Source of the DNA: Trueperaceae bacterium
GTDB taxonomy: Bacteria; Deinococcota; Deinococci; Deinococcales; Trueperaceae
Assembly: GCA_965213705.1 (NCBI GenBank)
Contig: OZ243913.1
Location: forward strand, 2,528,001-2,592,000
Reading direction: 5' to 3'
DNA length: 64,000 nucleotides
Shown: positions 1 through 9,362 of the stretch, piece by piece
Layout of the letters: every line of letters begins with the position of its first letter
Position numbering within the stretch: the stretch's first letter is position 1
Program-made: the position numbers and the translations under genes
The notes under the pieces: generated by a model
Databases searched by the model: none
Seen by the model: only the letters and a program-made list of their open reading frames with translations
What the model was told of the DNA's origin: nothing

Positions 1-181
1 AGCGTCACAATTGGCGAACGAACTTAAATCGACGAGAACTACGGCTCCCCGAATACGCGACCTGAGCCCACCTGTCTTTAAGGTAAAGTACGAGTGTAAA
101 GCAGCGTCTACCCCTCGCGAAGTCGGAGAAAAAGTGCTCGAGCCCTCGCAAATACGTTTTAGTCCAACTCGCCCGAACGCA

Positions 182-2236
182 GTGCGCAGACTCGTCTTCG
201 TGGCGACGTTGACTTTAGCCGGCACCGCCCTGGCGGCGGGCGAGACACCCCAGTTTTTTACCGAGCTGGCGGCGCTGATGGTCGCCAGTGCGGTCATCGC
301 GTTCGTCGGGTTTCGCGTCGGGCTCACCCCCATCGTCGGATTTTTGCTGGCGGGCGTGGTCATCGGGCCGAACGCGCTTGGGCTGGTACAGGACCGCGCA
401 CTCATCGACGCGGCGGCCGAGGTCGGGGTGATACTGCTGCTTTTTACCATCGGCATCGAGTTCAGCCTGGAAACCTTGGCGCGCATCGGGCGGCTCATCT
501 TCGTGGGCGGCGGCCTGATGGTCGGCGGCATCGTCGCGGTCACGACGCTTGCCTTGGCGGCCTTTGGGGTGGCCTGGCAGACCGGCGTGTTTACGGGCTT
601 TTTGCTGTCGCTGTCTTCGACCGCCATCGTGATGAAGTTGCTCGCCGACCGCTCGGAGACGACGACCGAGCCGGGACAAGCGGCTTTAGGAATTTTAATT
701 TTTCAAGACCTCGCGGTGGTGGCGATGGTTCTCGTCGTGCCGATGCTGGGAGGCGAGGGCGGCGGCGCGCTGTCCCTGTTGTGGGCACTCCTCAAGGCGG
801 TCGGCATTATCGCCGTCGTCCTGTTCGGCGCGCGGCGACTCATGCCGAAGCTCTTAGAGGCCGTGGCGCGCACCTGCTCGCCGGAAATTTTCTTGCTCAC
901 CGTTATCGCGGTGTGTTTCGGGACGGCCTACCTGACCGGCTTGGTCGGCGTGAGTTTGTCGTTGGGCGCGTTCTTGGCCGGGCTGCTGGTGAGCGAGAGC
1001 CGCTTTTCGCAGCAGGCCTTCAGCGAGATTTTGCCGCTGCAAATTCTGTTCAGCGCGGCCTTTTTTCTGTCGGTCGGAATGCTGTTGGACCTGCAGTTTT
1101 TGTTTGCCAACCTGCCGCTCGTGCTGCTGGGCGTGGTGGCGGTGGTCGTACTGAAGACGCTTCTTACCGCGCTCGGGGTGCGGTTCCTCGGCTACGGGCT
1201 CGGGGTGAGTCTGGCAACGGGGCTGATGCTGGCGCAGATAGGCGAGTTCTCGTTCGTGTTGGAACGCGCCGGGCGCGAGGTCGGTCTGACGCCGCTGGGT
1301 TTGGGCGCGGACGGCGCGCAGACGTTTATCGCCTGCACGGTGCTCCTTATGGGCATCACGCCGTCGTTGGCGAGTTTGGGCGGTCGCTTGGCGGGACGGC
1401 TCGAGCCCCGCACGCCGCTCGCAAATGCCGAAGACGAGCTTGCCGACCCCGAAACCTTCGCCGCACTTGACGACCACGTCGTCATCGCGGGTTACGGCGA
1501 AACCGGACAGGCCCTGGCAGCCGCGCTCGACGAGGCGGACGTTCCCTACGCCGTCGCCACGCTCAGCCCCACCGGGGCCAGCCAGGCCGAAGCAAAGGGT
1601 CGCAACGTGGTGCGCGGCGACTACACCAAGGGCTATATCCTGGACCTCGTCGGTTTGCAGCGCGCGTCCCTCCTCGTCATTCCCGACGACCAGGCCGACA
1701 TGGCGCACCGCACGCTGAGCGTGGTAAAGGCCGCCCGCCCGGACCTCCCGGTCGTCGTCTACACGCCTTACAGCGCCGCCGTGCAAGACCTTAAAGAGGC
1801 CGGCGCGGCGGCGGTCGTCTCGGCCGACCACGCGGCGACGAAACTCGTCTTAAGCGAGGTGCTGAACCGGGCGGGCGTCGGCGACGAACGCCGGGCCAGT
1901 GTTTTGAAAAGCTTCAGCGACAACCTCGAGCCGAGACGCGCGCCGGAACGCGTTAAACTTTCCGAAGTACAACGCACCTCGAAAAAATGTGCCCACATCA
2001 ACGACTTAAACTCAGTCGCAGCGCCTGATAAGCTCGCCTGCCCTGCGTGCGTGGCGCTGGGCGACACCTGGGTTCACTTGCGCGTCTGCATGAGCTGCGG
2101 CGCGGTCGGCTGCTGCGACTCGTCGAAAAACAAACACGCGACGGCACATTTCAAAGACTCGAAGCATCCGGTTATCAAGTCGCTGGAAAAAGGCGAGAGT
2201 TGGGCGTATTGTTATAAGGAAGAAGTAATTTTTTGA
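182..2236 (+). CDS. Kef-type (CPA2) cation:proton antiporter with TrkA-N/RCK domain and C-terminal UBP-type zinc finger
   Basis: About 12 TM segments with LSSTAIV, ILIFQDL and LAQIGEFSFV motifs; HVVIAGYG RCK domain; C-terminal C..C/WVHLR/VGCCDSSKNKHATAH Zn finger. Start moved from 11 to GTG 182 (signal-like N-terminus). Confidence 0.9.
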   Translation: MRRLVFVATLTLAGTALAAGETPQFFTELAALMVASAVIAFVGFRVGLTPIVGFLLAGVVIGPNALGLVQDRALIDAAAEVGVILLLFTIGIEFSLETLARIGRLIFVGGGLMVGGIVAVTTLALAAFGVAWQTGVFTGFLLSLSSTAIVMKLLADRSETTTEPGQAALGILIFQDLAVVAMVLVVPMLGGEGGGALSLLWALLKAVGIIAVVLFGARRLMPKLLEAVARTCSPEIFLLTVIAVCFGTAYLTGLVGVSLSLGAFLAGLLVSESRFSQQAFSEILPLQILFSAAFFLSVGMLLDLQFLFANLPLVLLGVVAVVVLKTLLTALGVRFLGYGLGVSLATGLMLAQIGEFSFVLERAGREVGLTPLGLGADGAQTFIACTVLLMGITPSLASLGGRLAGRLEPRTPLANAEDELADPETFAALDDHVVIAGYGETGQALAAALDEADVPYAVATLSPTGASQAEAKGRNVVRGDYTKGYILDLVGLQRASLLVIPDDQADMAHRTLSVVKAARPDLPVVVYTPYSAAVQDLKEAGAAAVVSADHAATKLVLSEVLNRAGVGDERRASVLKSFSDNLEPRRAPERVKLSEVQRTSKKCAHINDLNSVAAPDKLACPACVALGDTWVHLRVCMSCGAVGCCDSSKNKHATAHFKDSKHPVIKSLEKGESWAYCYKEEVIF

Positions 2237-2265
2237 GAGTAGGAAGCACCTTGAAAAATTTGTTA

Positions 2266-2940
2266 ATGAAAGTTTTTTGTTGTTTTCTTTGCGTTTTTGC
2301 CGCGTCGGTTGGTAGTGCTCAGGGTGGTGTGCTGTCCACGTTGACGACAAGTAACTTTCCGGGGTTTTCGGTTGAGTACGACGCCTCAACTTGGACTGTC
2401 GAAATTAAGGAAAATTCAGAGTCAGCACACCAAGTTTTTGAGGTCATAGAACTGACTCACGCAAACGGCACAACCATAAATTTTTCATTTGAGTCGCCCA
2501 TCGAGACCGGATTTGACGGCTTTATATTTCTCTTCAACAAGAATGAATTAGTCAAGCTTGGAAATGCCGTTCGTGTGACTGAAGAATTCTTAGATAATAC
2601 ATATAGTCCTTCTAGCTGCTTTCTTTTCAAGAGCGATAGTCCAGAAGAATTTTTACTCGAGAAAGCACGGCTTGATAAGTACCGGCTCGAAGAGGGATAT
2701 ACTGAAAATAAGGAAAACGCCGTAGTTCTGGGGTCGCCAATAGGACTGTTTCTCGTAAAAGGTGATGATGATTTCTTATCCCGAAGGACGGAATCTAGGC
2801 ATTCCTTCTATCAAGAAAATTGGGGAGACAATGTTTGGCTCACCATATCTTTTACCGGAATACCTGAAATAGCAGATGAGGTTGTGAAAACCTTGCGCTA
2901 TCCCTTTGAAAGTACCTGTTCAATTGTGAGTGAGAAATAG
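2266..2940 (+). CDS. Low-GC hypothetical secreted protein
   Basis: Long AT-rich ORF with signal-peptide-like MKVFCCFLCVFAASVGSAQ; composition differs sharply from flanks. Confidence 0.7.
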   Translation: MKVFCCFLCVFAASVGSAQGGVLSTLTTSNFPGFSVEYDASTWTVEIKENSESAHQVFEVIELTHANGTTINFSFESPIETGFDGFIFLFNKNELVKLGNAVRVTEEFLDNTYSPSSCFLFKSDSPEEFLLEKARLDKYRLEEGYTENKENAVVLGSPIGLFLVKGDDDFLSRRTESRHSFYQENWGDNVWLTISFTGIPEIADEVVKTLRYPFESTCSIVSEK

Positions 2941-2941
2941 A

Positions 2942-2993
2942 ATGACAAACCCGTCATCTTGAGCGTTAACAGTGACCCGCAGGTGTTGGGCGC
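2942..2993 (+). pseudogene. Degenerate duplicate of the 5' end of the receiver-TrxR gene
   Basis: 2947-2993 matches 3283-3329 at 40/47 nt; KPVILSVNSDPQVLGA vs KPVILSVDDDPQVLGA. Confidence 0.8.
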
Positions 2994-3027
2994 ACAGCGT
3001 CGGTAAAAATATCTAAGGAGGTTGGGC

Positions 3028-3273
3028 ATGGCAGACCGAACGAACAAAGGCGTGTTGGAGCACATCTCGGAACTCGTCGAGCAAGAGCACGCTCTACTGG
3101 AGGAGGGCGGCACCCTGGACGAGACGAAGCAACGGCGGTTGGAAGCCGTGCAAACAGAACTCGACCAGTACTGGGACCTGTTGCGGCGCCGCCGCGCGGC
3201 CGAAGCCTACGACGAAGACCCCGACGAGGTGAAACTGCGCAGCGAAGAGACCGTCGAATCGTACCGGCCGTAA
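3028..3273 (+). CDS. DUF2630 family protein
   Basis: ELDQYWDLLRRRRA...DPDEV..R....VESY signature; AAGGAGG RBS. Confidence 0.85.
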   Translation: MADRTNKGVLEHISELVEQEHALLEEGGTLDETKQRRLEAVQTELDQYWDLLRRRRAAEAYDEDPDEVKLRSEETVESYRP

Positions 3274-4938
3274 ATGGCGGTTAAACCCGTTATTTTGAGC
3301 GTCGACGACGACCCGCAGGTGTTGGGCGCGGTGGCGAGGGACCTGCGCAAGCGCTACGGCGAGGACTACCGCGTCGTGCGGGCGAGTTCGGGAGACGAAG
3401 CCCTGCAGGCCGTCCGCGAACTCAAAGAGCGCGGCACGCCGGTCGCCCTGCTCTTGGCCGACCAGCGGATGCCGAAGATGGACGGGGTGGCGTTCCTGAG
3501 CGAGGCGATGACGCTGTTCCCCGACGCCAAACGCGCCCTGCTGACCGCCTACGCCGACACCGACGCGGCGATAAGCGCCATCAACCAGAGCAAAATCCAC
3601 TACTACCTCCTCAAACCCTGGGACCCGCCGGAGGAAAAGCTGTACCCGGTGCTGGACGACATGCTCACCGACTGGCAGGCGTCGTACCGGCCGCCTTTCA
3701 CGGGCATCAAAATCGTGTCGCACCGCTGGTCGCCGCTCAGCCACACGCTGCGCGACTTCTTAGCGCGCAGTCAGGTTCCTTACCGCTGGCTCGACGTCGA
3801 GCGGGACGACGAGGCCAAAAAAGTTGTGGCGGACGGCAATCTGACGCCGGACGACCTGCCCGCGGTCGTGTTCGAGGACGGGACCCGGCTCCTCAAACCC
3901 GACCCCGGCGAGGTGGCGCGCCAAGCCGGGCTGAACACACAAGCGGGCAGCACCTTTTACGACCTCGCCATCATCGGCGGCGGCCCGGCGGGTTTGGCGG
4001 CGGCGGTCTACGGCGCGTCGGAAGGCCTGGAGGTCGCGCTGTTGGACCGTGAAGCGCCCGGCGGGCAGGCGGGCACCTCGTCGCGCATCGAAAACTACCT
4101 CGGTTTTCCGGTCGGGCTGTCCGGGGCCGACCTGACGCGGCGCGCGGTCACGCAGGCCAGAAAGTTCGGGGCCGAACTCATCTCGCCACAGGGCGTGCAA
4201 AAAATCGAACTCAAAGACACCTACAAACTGCTGACCCTCGACGACGGCAGTTGTTTGAACTGCCACGCGCTCGTTTTAACGCTCGGGGTGTCGTACCGCA
4301 AGCTGCCGATTCCCGGCCTGGACGGTCTCACCGGGCGCGGCGTTTATTACGGCTCGTCCATCAGCGAGGCGACGGCGTGCCAGGACGAAGACGTGTACAT
4401 CATCGGTGCGGGCAACTCGGCGGGGCAGGCGGCGATGTATTTGGCGAACTTCGCGCGGCGGGTCAACTTGGTCGTGCGCGGCGCGAACCTTGAAAGCAAG
4501 ATGTCGCAGTACTTAGTCGACCAGATTCGGGCGACGGAAAACATCAACGTGAGGCTCGAGACCGAAGTCACTGGGGTGCGCGGTACCGACCGCTTGGAAG
4601 GCCTCACCCTAGAGTGCGGCGGGCAAGAGCAAGAGGTCGAAACCTCGGCGCTCTTTATCTTCATCGGCGCGTCGCCGCAGACCGACTGGCTCGGCGACTT
4701 CGTAATGCGCGACGCGCGCGGCTTTATCTGCACCGGGCCGGACCTGAAAGAGGACGGCGTGTGGCCCGCGAGTTGGACGCTTGAGCGCGAACCGTTTTTG
4801 CTCGAGACGAGCGTCCCCGGCATCTTCGCCGCGGGCGACGTGCGCAGCGGCTCGGTCAAGCGGGTCGCCTCGGCGGTCGGCGAAGGCTCGATTTCAGTGC
4901 AGTTCGTTCATCAGTATTTGGCGGACGTGGGCGCATGA
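3274..4938 (+). CDS. Response-regulator receiver / glutaredoxin-like / thioredoxin-reductase-fold FAD oxidoreductase fusion
   Basis: REC motifs VDDD, LADQRMP, LTAYAD, LLKPW; GGGPAGLAAA FAD motif, IENYLGFP, GAGNSAGQ, TSVPGIFAAGDVR. Confidence 0.9.
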   Translation: MAVKPVILSVDDDPQVLGAVARDLRKRYGEDYRVVRASSGDEALQAVRELKERGTPVALLLADQRMPKMDGVAFLSEAMTLFPDAKRALLTAYADTDAAISAINQSKIHYYLLKPWDPPEEKLYPVLDDMLTDWQASYRPPFTGIKIVSHRWSPLSHTLRDFLARSQVPYRWLDVERDDEAKKVVADGNLTPDDLPAVVFEDGTRLLKPDPGEVARQAGLNTQAGSTFYDLAIIGGGPAGLAAAVYGASEGLEVALLDREAPGGQAGTSSRIENYLGFPVGLSGADLTRRAVTQARKFGAELISPQGVQKIELKDTYKLLTLDDGSCLNCHALVLTLGVSYRKLPIPGLDGLTGRGVYYGSSISEATACQDEDVYIIGAGNSAGQAAMYLANFARRVNLVVRGANLESKMSQYLVDQIRATENINVRLETEVTGVRGTDRLEGLTLECGGQEQEVETSALFIFIGASPQTDWLGDFVMRDARGFICTGPDLKEDGVWPASWTLEREPFLLETSVPGIFAAGDVRSGSVKRVASAVGEGSISVQFVHQYLADVGA

Positions 4939-6329
4939 CGGTGAGCGTTCAAGACTTGACTACAGTCACCGACTTCCAAGGAATGCCCGAAGACGAACTC
5001 AGGTGGCTCGCCGAAAACCTCAGCTTGCGCGAACTGGGCAAGGGCGAACCGTACTACCGGCAGGGCGAACCCGCGGACACCTTGCAGATTGTTCTGGAGG
5101 GCACGATAGAGCTGGTGCGGCGCGAAGACGGGAAAGAGGTCGCCTCGTTTTTGCTCGAGCCGGGCGAGGTGAGCGGGCGGTTGCCGTTCTCACGCATGGA
5201 AGCCTACGGGGCGAGCGCGACGGCTTTGGCCCCGAGCCGCGTCGCCGAACTCAGCACAAACCTCTTCCCCGCCCTGCACGAACGCGCGCCGGTGCTGCTG
5301 CAACGGCTCGTTTACGAGATGTTGGACCGCACCCGCGAGTACACCCGGCTGGGCGCGCAGCGCGAAAAACTGATGTCGCTGGGTACGATGTCGGCGGGGC
5401 TCGCCCACGAACTCAACAACCCGGCCGCCGCCGCCAAACGCGCGGCGCAGAGCTTGCAAGAAACGCTGCAAGCCTTCGACGAGCACTCGTCCAAAATCTT
5501 GAGCCCGGTGATGTTCAAGGAAGCTTCGGGCGGCGACCCGTTCGGCCCGATTTACGAGGCCGTCACCCTGGACGGGGACACCCTAAACGCCGTGGAGCGC
5601 AGCGACCACGAGGACGAACTCGGCGAGTGGCTGGAGGGTCGCAACGTCGCGCGTGCCTGGGAGGTCGCGGCGACGCTCGTTTCGGGCGGCGTCACGCTTG
5701 AGGCGTTGGCACAAGTCGCCGACAACCTGAAACCCGAGCAGGTGACGAACTTTTTAGAGTGGTTGCCGCGGGACGTGGAAATGAGACTGTTAGCGCAAGA
5801 ACTCACCGAAGCGACGAGCCGCATTTCCGAACTGGTCGGTGCGATGAAGGCCTACAGCTACATGGACCAGGGGCTCGAGAAGGGCACCGTCGACCTGCAC
5901 GAAGGCCTGCGCAACACCCTCACCATCCTCAAGCACAAGTTCGCTAAGAAAAACATCCGCGTGGTGAAGGAGTTTGGCGAAGTGCCACCCCTACCCGCCT
6001 ACGGCAGCGAACTCAACCAGGTCTGGACGAACCTCTTAAGCAACGCCGTAGACGCTGTTGACGAGGGCGGCACCGTCACCCTTCGCACGGGCGTGGACCC
6101 GAGCGCCGCGGTCGCTTGCGTCGACATTATCGACGACGGGCCGGGCGTGCCGGAAGAAATCCGCGACCGTATTTTCGAGCCGTTTTTCACCACCAAAGGC
6201 GTCGGCGAGGGCACCGGGATGGGCTTAGACATCGCCAGCCGAATCGTGCGGCAGCGGCACCGGGGGACGTTGCAGCTCGAGTCCCGACCCGGCGCGACAC
6301 GCTTTTCGGTGCGCCTGCCCTTATCCTGA
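4935..6329 (+). CDS. Cyclic-nucleotide-binding-domain sensor histidine kinase
   Basis: N-terminal cNMP fold (YRQGEPADTLQIVLEG...GEVSG), H-box AHELNNP, N/G/F boxes; ATGA overlap with upstream gene. Confidence 0.9.
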   Translation: MTVSVQDLTTVTDFQGMPEDELRWLAENLSLRELGKGEPYYRQGEPADTLQIVLEGTIELVRREDGKEVASFLLEPGEVSGRLPFSRMEAYGASATALAPSRVAELSTNLFPALHERAPVLLQRLVYEMLDRTREYTRLGAQREKLMSLGTMSAGLAHELNNPAAAAKRAAQSLQETLQAFDEHSSKILSPVMFKEASGGDPFGPIYEAVTLDGDTLNAVERSDHEDELGEWLEGRNVARAWEVAATLVSGGVTLEALAQVADNLKPEQVTNFLEWLPRDVEMRLLAQELTEATSRISELVGAMKAYSYMDQGLEKGTVDLHEGLRNTLTILKHKFAKKNIRVVKEFGEVPPLPAYGSELNQVWTNLLSNAVDAVDEGGTVTLRTGVDPSAAVACVDIIDDGPGVPEEIRDRIFEPFFTTKGVGEGTGMGLDIASRIVRQRHRGTLQLESRPGATRFSVRLPLS

Positions 6330-6332
6330 ACC

Positions 6333-6596
6333 ATGACGCAAACAAACGACATTACTCTTTACGGCACCGCCTGGTGCGAGGTCACGCGCGACCTGCGCAT
6401 TTTTTTGAACGCGCAGAAAGTGCCCTACACCTTCAAAAACGTCGAGAACGACGCGCAGGACCGAGAAGCTGCCCTGACGCTTAAGGACGGCGAGTACCAC
6501 ACGCCCGTCGTGGTCGTGGGGAAACGCGCCATGTTGAACCCAAAAGAGAGCGTGCTCGAGCGCGAACTGCGCAAACAGGGTTTGCTCGAGGTCTAA
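6333..6596 (+). CDS. Glutaredoxin/NrdH-like redoxin (single-Cys CxxT)
   Basis: ITLYGTAWCEVT, VPYTFKNVE, TPVVVVG, NP motifs. Confidence 0.8.
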   Translation: MTQTNDITLYGTAWCEVTRDLRIFLNAQKVPYTFKNVENDAQDREAALTLKDGEYHTPVVVVGKRAMLNPKESVLERELRKQGLLEV

Positions 6597-6632
6597 AAAT
6601 GAGACCCAAGCGCGGCACTATGTTGAGTAGCT

Positions 6633-6830
6633 TTATGCGATTTCACCAAAATGATTTTCGAAGCGCACCTGTGCTTTTTGTTTTGTTTCTTTCTGCAACG
6701 CGGTGGATTGATACTGGTCTTCAAGCAATGCTTTAACCAAGTCTTCGGGTGATGTACCGACGGCTTCCGCTCGCTGTTGAATGGCTTTAAAAATACTGTT
6801 GCTCAATTCAAGGTTTAAAATTTGACTCAT
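6633..6830 (-). CDS. Small antitoxin-like hypothetical protein, possibly truncated
   Basis: MSQILNLELS..FKAIQQRAE RHH-like N-terminus; low GC; no toxin partner next to it. Confidence 0.5.
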   Translation of the reverse strand: MSQILNLELSNSIFKAIQQRAEAVGTSPEDLVKALLEDQYQSTALQKETKQKAQVRFENHFGEIA

Positions 6831-6907
6831 GATGCACCTCGACGACTTGTACGATTTTAGCACCCGCGAACAAGTTGAGAAATACCGTCTTCACTTAACC
6901 TGCTTCT

Positions 6908-7153
6908 TCACTCGCAAACGGTGGCTGCCTTCAGCATATCAGCAAACAGTTGCCAAGAAGGTTCTTCCAAATTGATGGTCTTAGACGTGTTTTCGTAGTA
7001 TTTCTCAGCATCGGAAAGCCAAGCAACCATCGCTTGCAAGTATGAAGATGTCTTGTCGTTCTCCCATTCGCTTGCCTCGGCCTGGTCGAGCAACTTGCGC
7101 AACGCACAAATGAAATCATCTTTTGTATTTACAATAGCCGGTTCCGAGGTCAT
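6908..7153 (-). CDS. Hypothetical protein (WEN...YLQAMVAW...PSWQLFADML family)
   Basis: Low-GC ORF with RBS-like GAGG; conserved-looking Trp motifs. Confidence 0.7.
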   Translation of the reverse strand: MTSEPAIVNTKDDFICALRKLLDQAEASEWENDKTSSYLQAMVAWLSDAEKYYENTSKTINLEEPSWQLFADMLKAATVCE

Positions 7154-7277
7154 ACGCCTCGCACTATAACTATAGGATTACTCTTATACCAGCAAACGAA
7201 TGACCAGAAAACTTGACGCTTTGACCTATTTCTTAGAAGCTGAACGGGGCTGCTCAGTTTCCCTCGCAACGCCTAGT

Positions 7278-7619
7278 TTAGACCACACCATAGAGTAAAG
7301 CTTGGTAATCTTCAAGAGAGTATCCATCACAAGAGTTAGGATGTATTTCCCTCAAATAGCGCCAGTTTGCCAGCTTCACATCGTCGATCAAAATTTGCGG
7401 TTTGGGCAAAAATCCTTCAAAACAATCTTCAATATCAAGTTCTCGAGCAGACGCACGGGCATAGTCAGCCCCGCCCGAACTCCAACAATACAGAACCGCT
7501 CCTTGCTCATGGAGCTTTTTCACATGTTTGATTACATTCGGTACAGGTATACGCTTTGTGCCGTAATTCCTGACGAGGGTTTCGTCAACGTCTATATAAA
7601 CGTAAAGGGGTCTGCTCAT
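7278..7619 (-). CDS. Minimal HAD-superfamily hydrolase
   Basis: YIDVDETL motif I, WSSGG, KP, IDD motif IV; low GC. Confidence 0.75.
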   Translation of the reverse strand: MSRPLYVYIDVDETLVRNYGTKRIPVPNVIKHVKKLHEQGAVLYCWSSGGADYARASARELDIEDCFEGFLPKPQILIDDVKLANWRYLREIHPNSCDGYSLEDYQALLYGVV

Positions 7620-7769
7620 GGTAGATAGGAAATTCAACTACAACTATACTGCAGTCTAAGGTATGACTCTGCTGACATCTACAAAATAGTTCAAAGCTCG
7701 GGAGTTTGTCACAACCAAGAAGGTCTAAACTCGAGCCACCGTTCTCACAGCAAAGAAAAGGGGCCAAAG

Positions 7770-9362
7770 ATGACGGACGCCTACCAGCAACCCTGCGACG
7801 AGGGCGTTATCCGCTCGGGCCAAGAGACACCCTGCGAGCCTAACGCAAAACCTTGGGTGCTCGCAGCGACGATTCTGGGCTCGTCAATGGTGTTCATCAA
7901 TGCCTCGACCGTTAACGTGGCGCTGCCCGCGCTGCAGGGGGCGCTCGGGGCCTCGGTCGTAGACGTGCAGTGGGTGGTGAACGCCTACACCCTGTTTTTG
8001 GCGGCGCTCATCCTTACCGGCGGCTCGCTCGGCGACCGGCTGGGGCGCAAGCGGGTGTTTTTAACGGGCGTGGTCGTCTTTACGGCGGCCTCGGTGTGGT
8101 GCGGGCTCGCGCCGAATGTGGGACAACTCATCGCGGCGCGGGCGGTGCAGGGCGTCGGCGGGGCGCTCCTCACGCCGGGCAGTCTGGCGATGATCAGCGC
8201 GGCCTTTCCTGCCGGCGAGCGGGGCGGGGCCATCGGACTGTGGTCGGGCGCGTCGGCACTCACCTCGGCGCTGGGGCCGCTGCTGGGCGGGTTCCTCATC
8301 GACACGGTGTCGTGGCGCTGGATATTTTTCATCACCGTGCCTTTTGCGGTCGCGGTGCTCGTCATCACGCTGTGGCGCGTGCCAGAGAGCAGGGACGAGG
8401 AGACGACGGGCGGGCTGGACTTTTGGGGCGCGGCGTTGGCAACGCTCGGGTTGGCCGGGGTGACGTACGGGCTCTTGGAGTCCTCCAACCGCGGCTTCGG
8501 CGACCCGCTCGTTTTGACGGCGTTCGGGCTGGGCGTCGCCGCGCTGGTGAGTTTTATCCTCGTCGAAAAACGGCTCGCCTCACCGATGGTTCCCTTGGAG
8601 CTTTTTTCGTCGCGCACCTTCAGCGGCGCGAACCTCCTCACATTGTTTCTTTACACCGCGTTCGGCGGGGCGCTGTTTTTTCTGCCCTTCAACCTCATCC
8701 AGGTGCAGGGCTACTCGGCGACGGCAGCGGGGGCGGCGTTTTTGCCCACTGTCTTGCTGTTGTCGCTGTTGTCGCGCTTTTCGGGCGGACTGGTCGCGCG
8801 GGTCGGGGCGAAGCTGCCCTTGGTCGTCGGGCCGCTCGTCGTAGCGGCGGGTTTGCTGCTGCTTATGCTGCCGGGCGTGGGCGGCAGTTACTGGACGACG
8901 TTCTTTCCCGGCCTGGTCGTGCTCGGCCTGGGCATGGCGGTCAGCGTCGCGCCCCTGACAACCGCCGTGATGAGCGCGGTCGCCGACCACTACGCGGGCA
9001 CCGCGTCGGGCGTCAACAACGCGGTCTCGAGGGTCGCCGGACTCCTCGCCGTGGCCCTGCTGGGCATCGTGATGGTGTTGGTGTTCAACAACGCGCTGGA
9101 CTCTCGGCTCGAGCCCCTCAACCTCTCCCAACAAGTTCAAGAAACGCTTCTCACCGAGCGCGGCGACCTGGCCGGGATGAGCGTGCCGGAAGGCGTGTCG
9201 CCGGAGCTGAAAACGGGGCTCGAGACGGCCATCGACCAATCCTTCGTGGCAGGTTTTAGGATCATCATGCTGGTGACGGCGGCGCTCGCCGTGGCCGGGG
9301 CGCTCACCTCGTGGCTTATGATTGAGGGGAAAGTCGACGAGGAGGCACAACGTGGCGTGTGA
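7770..9362 (+). CDS. DHA2-type (14-TM) MFS transporter
   Basis: NVALPAL, WVVNAYTL, GSLGDRLGRKR, SWRWIFF, ASGVNNAVSR motifs. Confidence 0.92.
   Translation: MTDAYQQPCDEGVIRSGQETPCEPNAKPWVLAATILGSSMVFINASTVNVALPALQGALGASVVDVQWVVNAYTLFLAALILTGGSLGDRLGRKRVFLTGVVVFTAASVWCGLAPNVGQLIAARAVQGVGGALLTPGSLAMISAAFPAGERGGAIGLWSGASALTSALGPLLGGFLIDTVSWRWIFFITVPFAVAVLVITLWRVPESRDEETTGGLDFWGAALATLGLAGVTYGLLESSNRGFGDPLVLTAFGLGVAALVSFILVEKRLASPMVPLELFSSRTFSGANLLTLFLYTAFGGALFFLPFNLIQVQGYSATAAGAAFLPTVLLLSLLSRFSGGLVARVGAKLPLVVGPLVVAAGLLLLMLPGVGGSYWTTFFPGLVVLGLGMAVSVAPLTTAVMSAVADHYAGTASGVNNAVSRVAGLLAVALLGIVMVLVFNNALDSRLEPLNLSQQVQETLLTERGDLAGMSVPEGVSPELKTGLETAIDQSFVAGFRIIMLVTAALAVAGALTSWLMIEGKVDEEAQRGV

Noticed and set aside
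7154..7277. Integron attC site between low-GC genes
   Set aside because: Only a short hairpin; no clear RYYYAAC/GTTRRRY pair
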